A stretch of 64,000 bases of DNA, from assembly GCF_009914755.1 (NCBI RefSeq), contig NC_060947.1; one strand, 5' to 3'. The position numbers and the translations under genes were made by a program. Below are positions 1 through 15,062 of the stretch, one piece after another. Positions within the stretch are counted from its first letter, which is position 1. The number at the start of each line of letters is the position of its first letter. The notes beneath the pieces are model-generated. The model was not told where the DNA came from and searched no databases. It was given only the letters and a program-made list of their open reading frames with translations. Origin of the DNA: the human T2T-CHM13v2.0 reference genome, Homo sapiens.

Positions 1-575
1 TCTCTGAGGTACACTAAATTTACTTGGATCACTTTTATAAACCATTGACATCTGTGCTCCATCACACAGCAATCAAAACAGAACACCTGAGATGGGCTGA
101 GTATCACTATTTGTAAAGACTTCCAAGTGATCCTAATGTGTAGCCAGGGTAGAGAATCATTGAATCACTTCAGTCTCCCAGGTGTCCACTGTATGTTCCA
201 TGTTTTTACCAATTCCAAATACTATTCACACCTTCACTACTTAATAGAATGCTACTTTCTTTCTCTAAGTTCTACCCATTATTCAGAGTTCATTTTAAAT
301 CTTATCTCACCTACATATCTTTTCCTAACCATTTTATCCTTCATGGTTTTTCCCTTATTTGACTCCATCATCTGTATTAGCAAAGCATCTTCTATATCCA
401 CCTTAGCAGTCTGTAGTAAAACCCTTTTTTATTTCTTTCCCAACTTAATTGCTTTCCTCTTACCTTCAACTTTTGGAATCCTCAATGTTAACACACACAT
501 GTTCTCAACACAAAGATTTCAGGATAAGATTCCCCTGAAAATTGTGTTAGTTCTGTTTATTTTGAACAAGTTCAA

Positions 576-1042
576 TGGGGCCAACAGATTTTAAGATGGT
601 CCAATAATCTCTGCTTTTGTAAGTCCATGTCCTTGTATAATCCTTTCCCCTTGAATGTAGGTGAAATCTGTGACTTGCTTCTGACCAAAAAAATATGGCA
701 AAGGTGATAAGATGTCATTCCCATGATTATGTTTCATTATATAAGGCTCCATCTTATTAACAGTCTCCTTCAATTACTGGTTTTGAAGAAGTTTCTATGA
801 ATTCTACAGTCACAAAGAATACACCCTGGGAGAACTTGGAAGTAAATAATTCCTCACTTAAGCCTCTGATGAGAACCCGGTCTGGCTGATACTTTGATTC
901 CAGCCTCGTGAAACCCTAAGCAGAGGACCAAGTTAAGCAGTGCTCTGACTTTGGACTTACTAAAACCAGGATATTACATGTGTGCTGCTTTAAGCCATTA
1001 AGTTTGTAGTAATTTGGGACATAGCAATAAAAAATTAATACA
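576..1042 (+). mobile_element. MaLR LTR (MLT1E-like), 5' LTR
   Basis: MLT1 motifs 'tataatcctttccccttgaatgtagg..tgtgacttgcttctgacc' and the typical end 'gtaattt..atagcaataaaaaattaataca'. Confidence 0.8.
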
Positions 1043-1690
1043 TACTTTGGTACTAGAAATGGGATGCTTTTTATCTGAAGTGGAATTCTGTTGTAAAATA
1101 CCTAAAAATGTAAGAGTAGCTTTAGAATTGGGTGGGTGCACACTGGAAGAATTTGGAGAACAACGGAGAAAGTATAAATTGCCTTGAGTGGACTGTTAGT
1201 GGAAATCTAAAATTGAAGCATGCTCCTGGTAAGGGTGAGAGCTCAGAAGAAGTGAGGAATAAGCCATTGAAAACTGGAGGAAAGAGAAACTCTTGCTAAG
1301 TAGAAGAAAACTCAGAATTGTCTCCTGCATTTATATGTAAAGCAGAACGTGTAAGTGATGAACCTGTTTATCTAGTTAAGGAAATTTACAAAAGAAGTAT
1401 TGAAGGTGCTATCTCGTTTCTTCTTGTTGCTTACAATAAAATGTGAGAAGAGAGAAATAAATCAAAAGAAGAACAAAAATGAACAAGAACTTGATGATTT
1501 TGAAAATCCAGTCTCTTCAAATGGCAAAAAGTTAATGGCTGAAATTAAGATGGCTTGGTCTAGAGAAAAATTTGACCATATGACTCTACAACTTTTCACT
1601 AAAAGTTCAGAAAAATCAAAATATCAGAATATTCAGCCACACAAAGGACGCTTTCAAGAGATTAAGGGAGTGGCTCACAAATCTTAATCT
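1043..1690 (+). mobile_element. MLT1 internal sequence (decayed)
   Basis: Starts right after the LTR with 'tactttggtactagaaatggg', resembling the MaLR internal start. Purine-rich and lies between two homologous LTRs. Confidence 0.65.
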
Positions 1691-1694
1691 GTAG

Positions 1695-2132
1695 GGCTTT
1701 CGTGCTCTGGTATAATCCCTTCCCCTTGAATGTTGGTGGAATCCGTGATTTGCTTCTAACCAGTAGAATATTGGAAAGGTGATAGATTACCACTCCTATG
1801 ATTGTGTTCTGTTATATAAGACTCCATTTTGCTAGTAGTCTCATTTTCTTCATTGCTGGCTTTGAAGAAGAAAGCTTTCATGAATCCTACACATACAAGG
1901 AAATGAATTCTGCCAACCTAAGGGAGCTTGAAAGTAGATCCTTCTTCAGTCAAGCTTCTGATGAGAACTCAGTCCTGATAAACATCTTGATTGGAGCTTT
2001 GAGAGACACTAAGCAGAGGCCCCCACTAAGTCGTGCCCAGACTCCTGACCCACAAGAACTGTGAGATAATAAGCATTAATTAAGTTATTAAAGTTGTGGT
2101 AATTTGTTATGCAGAACTAGAAAACTAATACA
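1695..2132 (+). mobile_element. MaLR LTR (MLT1E-like), second copy
   Basis: Direct-repeat homologue of 576-1042 ('tataatcccttccccttgaatgttgg..tgcttctaacc'). Ends 'aaaactaataca'. Confidence 0.8.
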
Positions 2133-2304
2133 GTCTGACTATTTATTGCTATATTTTAGTCACCATTTCTAGTCACTAAGCAAGAGGTAAATTATGAGAT
2201 TATAGTTGCCTTCCACTTTTAGACATTTATTTTCATTTCTGTCTTATCCACAATCTGCACATGTGGACATTGAGAGTTGAAGCCAAATTTCCTGACCCTT
2301 AGAG

Positions 2305-2493
2305 CACTGGTTCTTAAATTTTAGTGTGCATCAAAATCACCTGAAAAGCTTGTGAAGATACAGATTGCTGGGCCCCAGCCCTAGAGTTTTTGATTCAGTA
2401 GATCTAGAGTGGGGCCCAAGAATCTGCACATTTAGTAAGTTCTCAGGTGATGCTACTGCTGCTAGTCCAGGACCAATACTTTGAGAACCACTT
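2305..2493. mobile_element. MER5A hAT-Charlie MITE
   Basis: ~190 bp with TIRs CACTGGTTCTTAAA / TTTGAGAACCACTT and internal 'gattgctgggccccagccctagagtttttgattcagtag'. Confidence 0.85.
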
Positions 2494-2620
2494 CTATGGA
2501 CCATCTTTACCATAGTTCTTTCTGTGGCCTCCATGATATTCATTTCTGCAATTTACTCTGCCTCTCTTCTCATGATGATTAATATTGTAAGCTGCTGGAA
2601 TTTCTAGGTTTTGGCTGGCA

Positions 2621-2634
2621 GTTGCCATGGCAAC
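2621..2634. promoter_or_regulatory. RFX X-box, perfect palindrome GTTGCCATGGCAAC
   Basis: Exact canonical RFX motif in non-repeat sequence. Binding is not shown. Confidence 0.6.
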
Positions 2635-2869
2635 ACACACAGCGTTGCCCAGTGCCTGAGGCCCTGAGTGAGGATGGCACCAGATGAATCACTGGAATAA
2701 GTGACTTGCAAGGGGCACAGACATTTTTCCCTGAGTTGTCCATTTCCTTCTGTGACCCTTATTCTTGGTCTTTTCTTTTTTTGGTAATGTCTTTTTTGAG
2801 ACCCCCTCCAGATTCTTCTCTATGTAATGTAATAATAACAAAACCTTAGATTCATGTCATTCTTCACAT

Positions 2870-3086
2870 TTATAAAACAAGCAATACCCTTTCCAGCACA
2901 AAATCAAATTTTATTTGCATAACAACCTTGTGAGGTGTGTTGTATAGGTCTTATTATTCCCATTGACAAATACTTAATGTAAGGCTCAAAAACATTCAGA
3001 AATAACTGATATCCAAAGTTACATAAGGTAGAGAGTGGCAGAGCCAAGTCTGGAGGCCAGAACTCCTGATTTCTAGCTCAGAGCTT
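2870..3086 (-). mobile_element. MIR SINE
   Basis: MIR core 'aacaaccttgtgagg..ttattattcccatt..agtggcagagcca'. Confidence 0.65.
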
Positions 3087-3769
3087 GTATCACCCAGGGC
3101 CCTAGCAAGAAACAAATTTCACAGTCAAAAGGATAACTGAAGAGAGATTAACGAAGGGAACCCATGAGTGATGGTGACATACCCCAGCCTAGCAAGTAGC
3201 CTGGAGGGTCAATAGGATAGAGTGGTTAGTAAAACCTGGAAAGAGATATAGCTACAGGTGTAGCTGCAGGAGGACACCCAACAAAAAAGCTGTGGCCTTT
3301 AGTGGAGGAATGCAGTCACTGCCAACCCAAAGCCTATAAGGAAGGGTGCCAGAGCAGTAAACAACACAACTTCTCTCCCCAGGTTATGAGGGAGGCTTAA
3401 GATGAAGTAGAGACATTTTGACTTACCACTGTCTGATTAGGTCATTGCAGGTTTCTGAACAGGGAGCAATACATGAAAATGAGGCCCTAGGAAAACTGGA
3501 CTGGCAGCACCATGCAGGGCTGGTTGGAGGGAGAAGCTGGAGCTATGGAGATCAATCAAAAGGATGCTACAGAGCTTAGAACATTTCCATTTCTGTCCAC
3601 ACTGAAGTGGGTCTGAACAAAACGGGCAAAGGCAGACATGAATGTTATGGAAGGGTGTTATGCCCCCATCCCTAGGGCATCTTTGTTTGAAGGAAATATC
3701 CCACTATACATGCATACTCAATATTGATCTTAAAGCCTTTCAGGATTTAACTGGGGTATGACTGGTCTT

Positions 3770-4230
3770 TTGGCCTTGGTTTGGGTTCTGGAAAAGCAGA
3801 CTCAGAGATAGGGATTCAAGTATAAGTAGCTTATTAAGGAGGTGCAGGGAACACCAGCAGGGAAATAATAAGTGAGGGAGGCAAACCAAGAAAGGGGTAT
3901 TACTAAATCAGCTATCACAGTCAGTGACTGCCACTTAAGACCAAGAGTAAATTCCAGGAACTAGTGTAAAATGCATACCTCAGAATCATTCCACTTGAGC
4001 GGTGAAGGAGTTGAAACATTTGTATACCAACTCCTAAGCATCATTGGTTAAGGCACGCTCCCGGGAAGCAATAATTCCTGACACTTCCAGCCTGCCACAA
4101 ACAAAGGCAGAATTACCTTCTGTGGTTCTGGAAACAGCTTCCTGATGCAGAAATGCAGACACTGGCAGTTGGAAGTCATTCTGAGCACAACGAACTGGAC
4201 ATGGGTGGAGCATTGACAATACCTGCCACA
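3770..4230 (-). mobile_element. ERVL LTR (LTR16-like)
   Basis: 'tgggttctggaaaagcagactcagagatagggattcaagtataagtagcttatt' resembles the LTR16 end on the reverse strand. Confidence 0.6.
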
Positions 4231-4857
4231 TTTTCATTTGCAGGATTGTGTTCATCAGCACTACAGTCTCTACCCACTTGATACAGCACCTACCCTGCCA
4301 TGTCCACATGGAATTCAACTTGCTCATGCACAAAATCAAGCCAGCACAATTGTTTTGAAAGTTATAGCATTGTTGGATAAATACCATAATGGGCAGCGGA
4401 ATTTGTAGTAAAACACAGGAGGTAAATTTTGGTAATTTTTAAAGGTTTCAGAGGAGAGAAAAGACATATTACCAAATGGCCAGGGGATCAAGGTAGCTAA
4501 CATATCTGTTTTTGGCTAACAGGTGATCTGTCCCTGGGATTCAGGTGTCAACCCAAAAGAAAAACACAATAAGGAAATGCAAGTACCCATGAAAAAGAAC
4601 TCATCCTGCATTGCACAGCATATCTGTTTATCGTCTTGAACTGGCTGCAAAAGATACCTAATTGCTCTTACTTCGCTCAAAAATAAAAGCTTCAAAGTGC
4701 TGTCATTTTCCACTGAGTTTCAGAACAGCTGATCATCTCATGCACTCGCTCTGTACTTAGACCACACTAAGTTTGCATCTCTCAATTCAGCCAGGACATC
4801 TGTCCTGCTCTGCATCAGAGCCCTCAGCATGATCTTGAATCTACACAGACACAAGGC

Positions 4858-4889
<32 letters not shown>

Positions 4890-5854
4890 CAGAGAGAAGC
4901 ATTTTCTGTGCCACACTGTGCTGAATTATTTACTCCCAGCTCTGGGATTCAGAGAGCTAGTGCTTTCTCAGCCTTGAATTTTATTGCAATACAAAGAAAT
5001 AAAATAAGTAAATAAGGAGAGAGAGGAAGTAAATCCCTTGGAGACCTACTGGCATATGAAATATCTTTTGAAATGGAGCTTGATGCTGAAATAATTGTGT
5101 CATTTAGAGTGCAATACTAATATGCTCACAACTATGGCTAAATGCTGGAGCAAAGAACAATTTTGCAGCAATAAATGTGTGGCCATTTGTTTAAGCAGAA
5201 AAAAAAATGAACCTAAAATTTGAATGGATTTATTTAATTAAGCATTGGCAAATTTAGACATTGACTACAAAACAATGCCTTCAAGCATTATGTGCAAAAC
5301 AATAAGTACAGGTAATGGAAATTAGGGTATGTTTATTTCATCTGAGATCGGAATGAGAAAAAGGAATACAGTATGGTCGGGAGGTATTTGTATGGCCATA
5401 AAAGAGAGAAATCCGCCTCGTTTCACGATATGTGTCACAGACAGGGATTGTGAACATTCTCAATGTATTCTAAAGGGGCTGTAATCATGTAATCACATAA
5501 ATATAAAGTAACTTTATTTTTGTCTCCCACTACTCCTTTACATATTTCAGAAGGAAATTTCTTCCCAGCCTCTAGGCAAAATCCTGCCCCACCGCCCCCA
5601 CCCCCTCCATTTCTTTCCTGGGGTGCTTAAGTATTAAAAAATTCCTATGGTCTCTTTAAGTCCAAAGTACATTCTCTTTTTAGTGATTATCAGTAGCTAT
5701 AATCTCCAGGTTCGTGTAATGCTCAAAACTTTGAACATTACTTGCTACTCTGATAGGAAGCCTGGAGAAGGGGAAGGGCAGGAGAGACACGGTCAGCTTT
5801 TCCTCTGGAGGAAAAGAAATAGTGCTTCTTTGTCTTCCTCCTCCAGCTGCTCAC

Positions 5855-6240
5855 CTTGTTCCTCACTCCTCCTGCACCAGTGTGCAGGGAGAGAGAAATA
5901 TACAGAGAAAGAAAGCATGTTGTAACTGGAATGCTTATGAACACCATCCATTTAGTGGCCTGGTTGGCATACAATTCTGACTCTTCCTCATGGATGCAGT
6001 TGTGATGTTTTCGGAGATCCTTTTCCACACCAAATATTGGGGACCTCTCACTTCCAGATGTCTTGCCCTTGATTGATGGACTCTCTCCTGTTTCACCTTT
6101 GCACTGTTTTCTTAGTCTCTAGCTGTCCCCTTGGGTTCACTGTTAGCTCTTTTCTCTGGAGATCTTTTCACTTGTCCAAGTGAGCCCTCCTGGCTAGTCC
6201 CTAAATTGATTTTATGCTCGTTTATTCTGTTTCTGTCCCT
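5855..6240 (-). other. Candidate exon (possibly a first or 5'-UTR exon) ending at splice donor AAG|GTGAGC
   Basis: Minus-strand donor with the intron starting at 5854. Non-repeat sequence next to a GA/GT microsatellite. The 5' boundary is a guess. Confidence 0.3.
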
Positions 6241-6245
6241 CGCTG

Positions 6246-6310
6246 TCTCTGGCTCTCTCTCTCTCTCTCCTCTCTTTTTCTCTCTTTCTTTTACACACAT
6301 ACATACACAC
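6246..6310. repeat. Compound (CT)n/(CA)n microsatellite
   Basis: 'ctctctctctctctcc..ttacacacatacatacacac'. Confidence 0.85.
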
Positions 6311-7611
6311 TTGTCCAATTCTGTTTCACAGGAAACACTTAAACATTTATGCATTATTTTCTCCAATAAATTTCAGGATGTTGGTCAATCCCAATGCAGC
6401 CACCCATCAGAGCAGCCAGTCTATCCATTTCAGTTATGACGTAGACATTAATCCACTGCGTCTGCCCCTCAAATCTTGGGTAACAAATATTACCTTAAAG
6501 CCCCTCTCTTTTGACTTGAGGTAAAAAGAGAGGCACCTTCCGACCTTCTAAACAGAGCTTGCTCAAATACATTACATCTAAAAAATCTTTCTCCAAACCC
6601 CGACCCTCAACCATTTTTGCTCATGTGTTGGGTGAGAGTCATAAAACTCATAAAATTCATAACATTGGTGTTTGGTCATTTCTTTCTGGAAATCCTATAG
6701 GAAAGCCTATCTCACAAGTCACTTTGGTATCTGGTATCTATTAGTGTCTCAGCAGAAATTTCTATTTTAACATCCAATTATGAAATAAAAAGTGTGAGGA
6801 GGCTAATTTTCTCTCAGTCAACCCTTGGAAGTGCCCACAGACTTAGCAATAAGGAAATCCTTGGCTGCTATTTTTAGGTCTGCAGAGGGCTTCAGAACCA
6901 TGTTTTACTGAAGGGTAGTGCGTTAACACTATTTATTAGAAAACCACCATGTGCCCCCAAGATAGTTATAATGTGTAAAATGCTATTTTCCTTTTTTTTC
7001 CCCAGAAAAAGAACTGGAGGTACAGACAAATAAAGTGACTGGTCTAGAGACATTAATGAGCTGTTAGAACTTGAGAAACAACTCCATTATTGTATGGTCA
7101 GCTAACTGGTTAAGTCTGTTAACAGACATGTGGCATAATTTAATCTAATAATTTTTTCTATTCCTCAGGCCTATAGGTTGAGGTTGATCTGAAAGATAGG
7201 ACTATTTGTGATCCAGAATCAAAAGAGTCAAGAAAAGTCTGAGAATTTCATCCTTGGAGCAGAAAGTGAAAGTGTTCTGGAGCCAAAAGTAGTAACAAAG
7301 ATGGAGGGCAAGAGATCATTGGATTAAATCATATTGGCAGACCAAATTTCAGAAGAATCAACACACCAGAGACAAGAAGAACTTGAAGTTAAAGCAAAGT
7401 TCCCTTATACTGGAGAATTCTTCTGCATTCTCTGCTCAAATATGATGCCCCCCACCATGAAGAAGAGATTCACCTTGGATATAACCACAATTTACCCCCC
7501 TCAACAGATCCCAGGAGGCTGCTGCTTACCTACTAGGGAGCCCACCTGCCTCGCTTTCTGCTTCCCCAGTCCTATCCATCTTGCTCCATATGAACTTTCC
7601 CAGGCCCAAGC

Positions 7612-8054
7612 TGCAGATATGAGAATGATAGCTACTCATCAAACCTTTTTCCTTGTCTTGTTGAGCACACAGCTGGACCCCATTTCAAAGCCTCTGTTGA
7701 GGTTAGATATGGTCATGTGCCTGAGTCCTAGCCAATAGAATGTAACTGGGAACTGTTGTGTGTCTCTTTGAAATCTGGCTGATGAATACCCACCCCCATG
7801 CTACCCTCCATGTTGTTTCCCTTTGTACTGACTTGATGCAATTGAGCCCAGGAAGCTTCAAAGCTATATGCTGAGGATGGATTTGATATCACAGAGGAAG
7901 CCTGGGTCCCTACATCACTGCTTTGAGAACTGCTGCCCACCTTTTGGACCACCCATTTTGGACTTAACATGAGCAAGAAATAAACTTTTCTGTTTGAACC
8001 ATTATATATGTTTGGATTTGTATGTTGCAGCAGCTACAATTACCTTAACCAATA
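7612..8054 (+). mobile_element. Old MaLR LTR (MLT1J/K-like)
   Basis: 'ggttagatatggtcatgtgcctgagtcctagccaatagaatgt' and 'gagcaagaaataaactt..gttgcagcagc..ccttaaccaata'. Confidence 0.7.
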
Positions 8055-9075
8055 TGGACCCCCTGAGAAAAGTTGTTGGACCAATATGCATTTAAGCTCA
8101 GGTTTCAATTTTTCACACATGAAAAATTATAAATACATATAACTTTGAGCTTCTTTAGGAAAGAACGAATACCCTAACTGGCTTGGTATTCTCCCAGTAA
8201 ATAGTTCTTGAAAGGGTATTTCATATAGTAGAAATTCAATGACTGCCTGTTCAAAATGTTTAAATGTTCAAGTCTTAAGAAAAAAATGTCAACTACGAGA
8301 AGATTAAGGATTCATTTACATAGTAAGAGCTAAATGAAGTCTTACTGAATAAATAAATGAATGAGTGAATAAATGGTATATTTGATGAAAATAAGTCTCA
8401 CCTTAAGATTCACAGAGAAATTTGCTTATCTGTAAGATAAGGATTGTGATACCTTGCGCTTTCTACCTCACACGAAATGTGTTAGTATCAAATCAGAGAA
8501 TTTACTTTCAAGCATTTACTTTCTAAATTACCAAGTGCTAGACACATGTGAGTTCTCCAGTATAATTTAGATAGATTACTTTATGTTTTGTCAGTATGTT
8601 GACAGTTTATTGATAATGGAGTTGAAACTCAAGGAAGGAGAATAATCTGTGAAGCACTTCTGAACATCTTGGAGATTTTTTTAAAAGTTATATTGGTGAC
8701 CTGAAGATTTTAGACCTCTTAAAATTCTGAATTACTATTAACTTGCAGATAAAATAATGCCATTATTTACCACTGGACTCAAGAGAACATCTTTGTGTAT
8801 TATTGGTACCCTGAAATTATAACTAATCATATCCCCTCTGTATCTCCCTAAGATGTATCTGCCACTTCTTAGGTTCCTACTTAGTGATTAGAGTCAGAAA
8901 AGCATTAATCAACACTGCTGTGCCAAATACTATGGAAATTCATTTAACCATATTACATAATTGAAATGTCAGAATGTTTAAACACTTTCTGTCATATGAA
9001 AATATATTGGAAATGTCTAGAACCAAGCTGGCAGAGAAAAACACAAGGAATGTTCTTATAAAACAAATGAGATCT

Positions 9076-9203
9076 AGCTGGGCATGGTGGCATGTGCCTG
9101 TAGTTCCAGCTGCTCAGGAGGCTGAGGTGGGAGGACTGCTTGAGCCCAGGAGTTTGAGGCCAGCCTGGACAACATAATGAGATCTCCATCACTAAAAATA
9201 AAT
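9076..9203 (+). mobile_element. Alu monomer (FLAM-like)
   Basis: Single ~130-bp arm 'gctgggcatggtggcatgtgcctgtag..tgagcccaggagtttgaggccagcctgg' with an A-rich tail. Confidence 0.85.
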
Positions 9204-9479
9204 TTTAAAATAATGGATAAGAAAGATTTAATGATCCATGGAATGGTTGTTTGTGGGCTTTTGGTCAGAAGCCTGAGAGTGGGGATTAGACAAAAGTGGC
9301 TGTCCAATGTGTCAGTGGTGATGCCAATCTCTTGCCAGCTGAAATTGAGAAGTATATGCAGCAGGCTTCAATGACTGCCCTCACTGCTGAAAAGAATATA
9401 TCTTGTATTGCCTGGGCAGGTGACCTTCACCAGGGGTTAAGAGAATTCCTGTGAGTTCATTGTGAGACTACCTCTCTTT

Positions 9480-11698
<2,219 letters not shown>

Positions 11699-11969
11699 TA
11701 TGTTACATAATTTCGGTTTTTAGTGTCCATAATTACGGTCTGAAATAGGTCAAGGGGACCCCATGATGGTCCTGGGAGATGAGCATTGAGACTACAATGA
11801 TAGAATGGATCAGACCATGCTTGAAGGACCTCAGAAGGTCTAGTCAAACTGTCAACTAACCCTCATAGTTTGCAGAGCTGCTGGGAGACAAAATCATGTC
11901 CAGAACTCTGGAGCCACAGGATTCCTTTGGGTCCCCAGAACTTCTTTGGAAAAGATTATAATGGCTTTA

Positions 11970-12185
11970 ACATCATTAACGTTTATTGGGTTTTTACAAT
12001 GTAACAGGCATGGTTCTATGCACTTTACACAACTAATTCATTGAATTCTCTCAACAACCTAATGAGGTCAGAACTATTATCCTCATTTTTGATGTGAGAA
12101 AACTGAAGTACAGAGAGGTTATGTGGCTTCCAAAGTCACATAGTTTAAAAGTGGCAGAGACTGGATTCAAATGTAAACAATAACC
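11970..12185 (-). mobile_element. MIR SINE
   Basis: 'attatcctcatttttgatgtgagaaaactgaagtacagagaggtt..caaagtcacatag..gtggcagagactggattcaaa'. Confidence 0.8.
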
Positions 12186-13056
12186 ACTGCCGGGGTACCA
12201 TGGGAAGTTGTGGTCCAGACACTAAATCAAGCTGCACCCAAGGTGTCCTAATCCTACTCCTTCTTTCTCCACTGGATGAGAGAAAAGGAGCAGGACCTAA
12301 GCCTCCTGATTTTGTGGGAATTTGCTTTTCTGTTCCATGTTTCTCCCTCCGCTGCCCTTCTATGCATTGAAATGATGGGCAGGGGAACATTTTCCGCCTC
12401 TGGAGGCAGGCGAGCAAAGACTCGATGCACTTCCCCACCTCTTGCACTGGCTCATACTTTAATGGCTGGAAGTTTAAAATCACATCCCAAGCTTCTTGGA
12501 ACTCAAAATTCAGTTATCTGACTCAGTAAAATGTAGCTTTCTCACTTAAAAGGATTTGCCCAAGGGGCCTCTGGGATTTCAAATATACTTAAAAGCAACA
12601 ACTGTGTTGAATCATAGAATCATAAGGGATTGCATTTCCGCTGGAGAACAGACAGGATGTTTTAAACAGAGGGGGAAATGTTTGAAGTTCGCCAAGCTTT
12701 GAGTTTCATCCCACCCACCACATCTGAAAACTATCTGAGTCATTTGATGAAGGCAAAATACAGCTGGGCTCCCTTATTCTTAGTGTTATTGTGGCCTACC
12801 ATCTTGACATTGTGATGCTATCTGTGCAAGAACATTTCACCTACATCTACCAACCCTTTTCTAAACTGGAATCAGGAAGAGTCTGTTCTCCAAAGTCTAT
12901 CTGGAGTGGAGTGGGCTGAGGGTGGTGTGGAGTAAATATTCTTATAGACAGAAGGCAAATACAGCTCTAGACAAAACAGTGAAGAGAAACAGGTTTGTCC
13001 ATGGCCCTGAGCTGCTGTCAAGGAGGTTACAGGGCCTTTATCTCTTTCATGGTGCT

Positions 13057-13305
13057 GCAGTATTGTGTAGTGTGTTTATGAACGTAGATTTGGGAGTCAA
13101 AAAGATACACGTTTAATCTTGACCCTACCCACTTATTTACTCACTGTGAATCCTTGGGCAGATTACTTAACCTTTCTAATTTGATGTTACTTTCCTTATG
13201 TAAAATGGGGAGAGTTATTGTGAGGATCCAATGAGAAAGTATTTGTAAGGTGATGGCAACAGTACTGGACCGATAATAAATATTTAATAAATGTAAATTA
13301 TTAGT
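13057..13305 (+). mobile_element. MIR SINE
   Basis: 'ctgtgaatccttgggcagattacttaacctttct..tgtaaaatgggg..ttattgtgaggat'. Confidence 0.8.
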
Positions 13306-14742
13306 GTTGTTCTTATTGTTACTGCCTGTCCCTCAAAGGCCCATTGCTTTTTACCCTTTATTTTATTATTAAAATATGCTTTCAGATGTTATATTCAACC
13401 AAGGGATAAATGAAAACAATTCAAAGTCTTACTTTACATTCTAAATTCTTGATCCCAGATTACCACCTAACATAAAGCTCAGAGGGCAAGGAATAATAGA
13501 AATGCAGAGAGAAATTTACCTCCGAAGAAGTAAATTTGTTCCAGGCCTGCCTAGACCTCTACAATGAAGCAGTTAAAGAGCACTAGCTTTGGAGCCAGAT
13601 TTGCAGGTCAAATCCAAGGAAATCCATATAACTTTGAATGTTGGACAAGTTACTTCAACTCCTTGGGTCTCTTTATAACTGATGAAAAGATCTAGGGGGT
13701 CTTAGATCAATGTTTTTCAAATTTATTTATTTATTTTTTTGCCATGGAACTATTAATTTGAATAAACTCTCACAGGGAAATACAATGTATAGATAAAATG
13801 TATTGGATACAGGAGGTAAGTTTCCTGAGCCGCTCTCCTTAGGCATTGGGAATATTTTGTGAACCCTCAAGCAATGCAGTAGCACTGCATACTACTCAAC
13901 TGTGTGATCGCCAAAATTCCCACTGTGTCTAATGCACTAGGTATGCTGCCTTTTTACCTTAAACACCAGGCTACGGTCCCATCATCCTCTCAACCTGTTC
14001 TGCTTACATCTACCTGTCATCTTGGGTTTCCTCATACTTGAAACATATTCTGGTTTCTCTTCCCCATAGGATCCATATCAGTAGTCATAGCCTCTCACCC
14101 TTAGACAATTATAAATAGCATACATCTTTCATTTGATCAGCACAGTGTTAAAAAATGTATTGCAATCTCTTTAGGCAAACATGCATTCTCCAGCTAGGCT
14201 CCATTGCTCCCTACTACTTTCTCTTATCCAAGTCAAACATTTATATTACTTGACTGGCCCCAGAAGGCATCTGAATTCACAATGTCAGATCTTCCATGTC
14301 ATTCAAGGCCCTCATCAAATCTAGCTTTTGGACTCCTCTAGTTAGTTGCTCTCATCTCAATGATTCTATTGTACTTACAATACAGTTATATAAATAAAAA
14401 TAACAAAAATATTAAAAAGATAATAACTTAAAGGTTTAATTTCAGAGAACTAATTTCAAAAAGAGAGCAGCCAGTTGACTTCTTTTGGATCTCTTATAAC
14501 AACTTATAACAAGCACACAATCTTCTCTTGATTGAGTAGTCAAATATGTAATCATGGAAAAAAATTAATTTGAAAAGATGCTGCTTAATAATAATGATCA
14601 GTAGTATATTAGGGTAACACTAATTTCAGTTAAGAAAAACCCTCAAAATTTCAAAAGCTTAACACAATGGAACTTAATTTCTTACATACAAGTCCAGTGT
14701 GGGTGTACTTAGCATATGAATAACTTAAAAAACTCTTTTATT

Positions 14743-15062
<320 letters not shown>

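Noticed and set aside
127-594. 155-aa ORF
   Set aside because: Non-ATG start, F/L/S/I-rich translation of T-rich DNA, overlaps a MER5-like end, and has no recognisable domain.
7334-7738. 134-aa ORF
   Set aside because: Non-ATG start, runs into an MLT1 LTR, and shows no recognisable homology.
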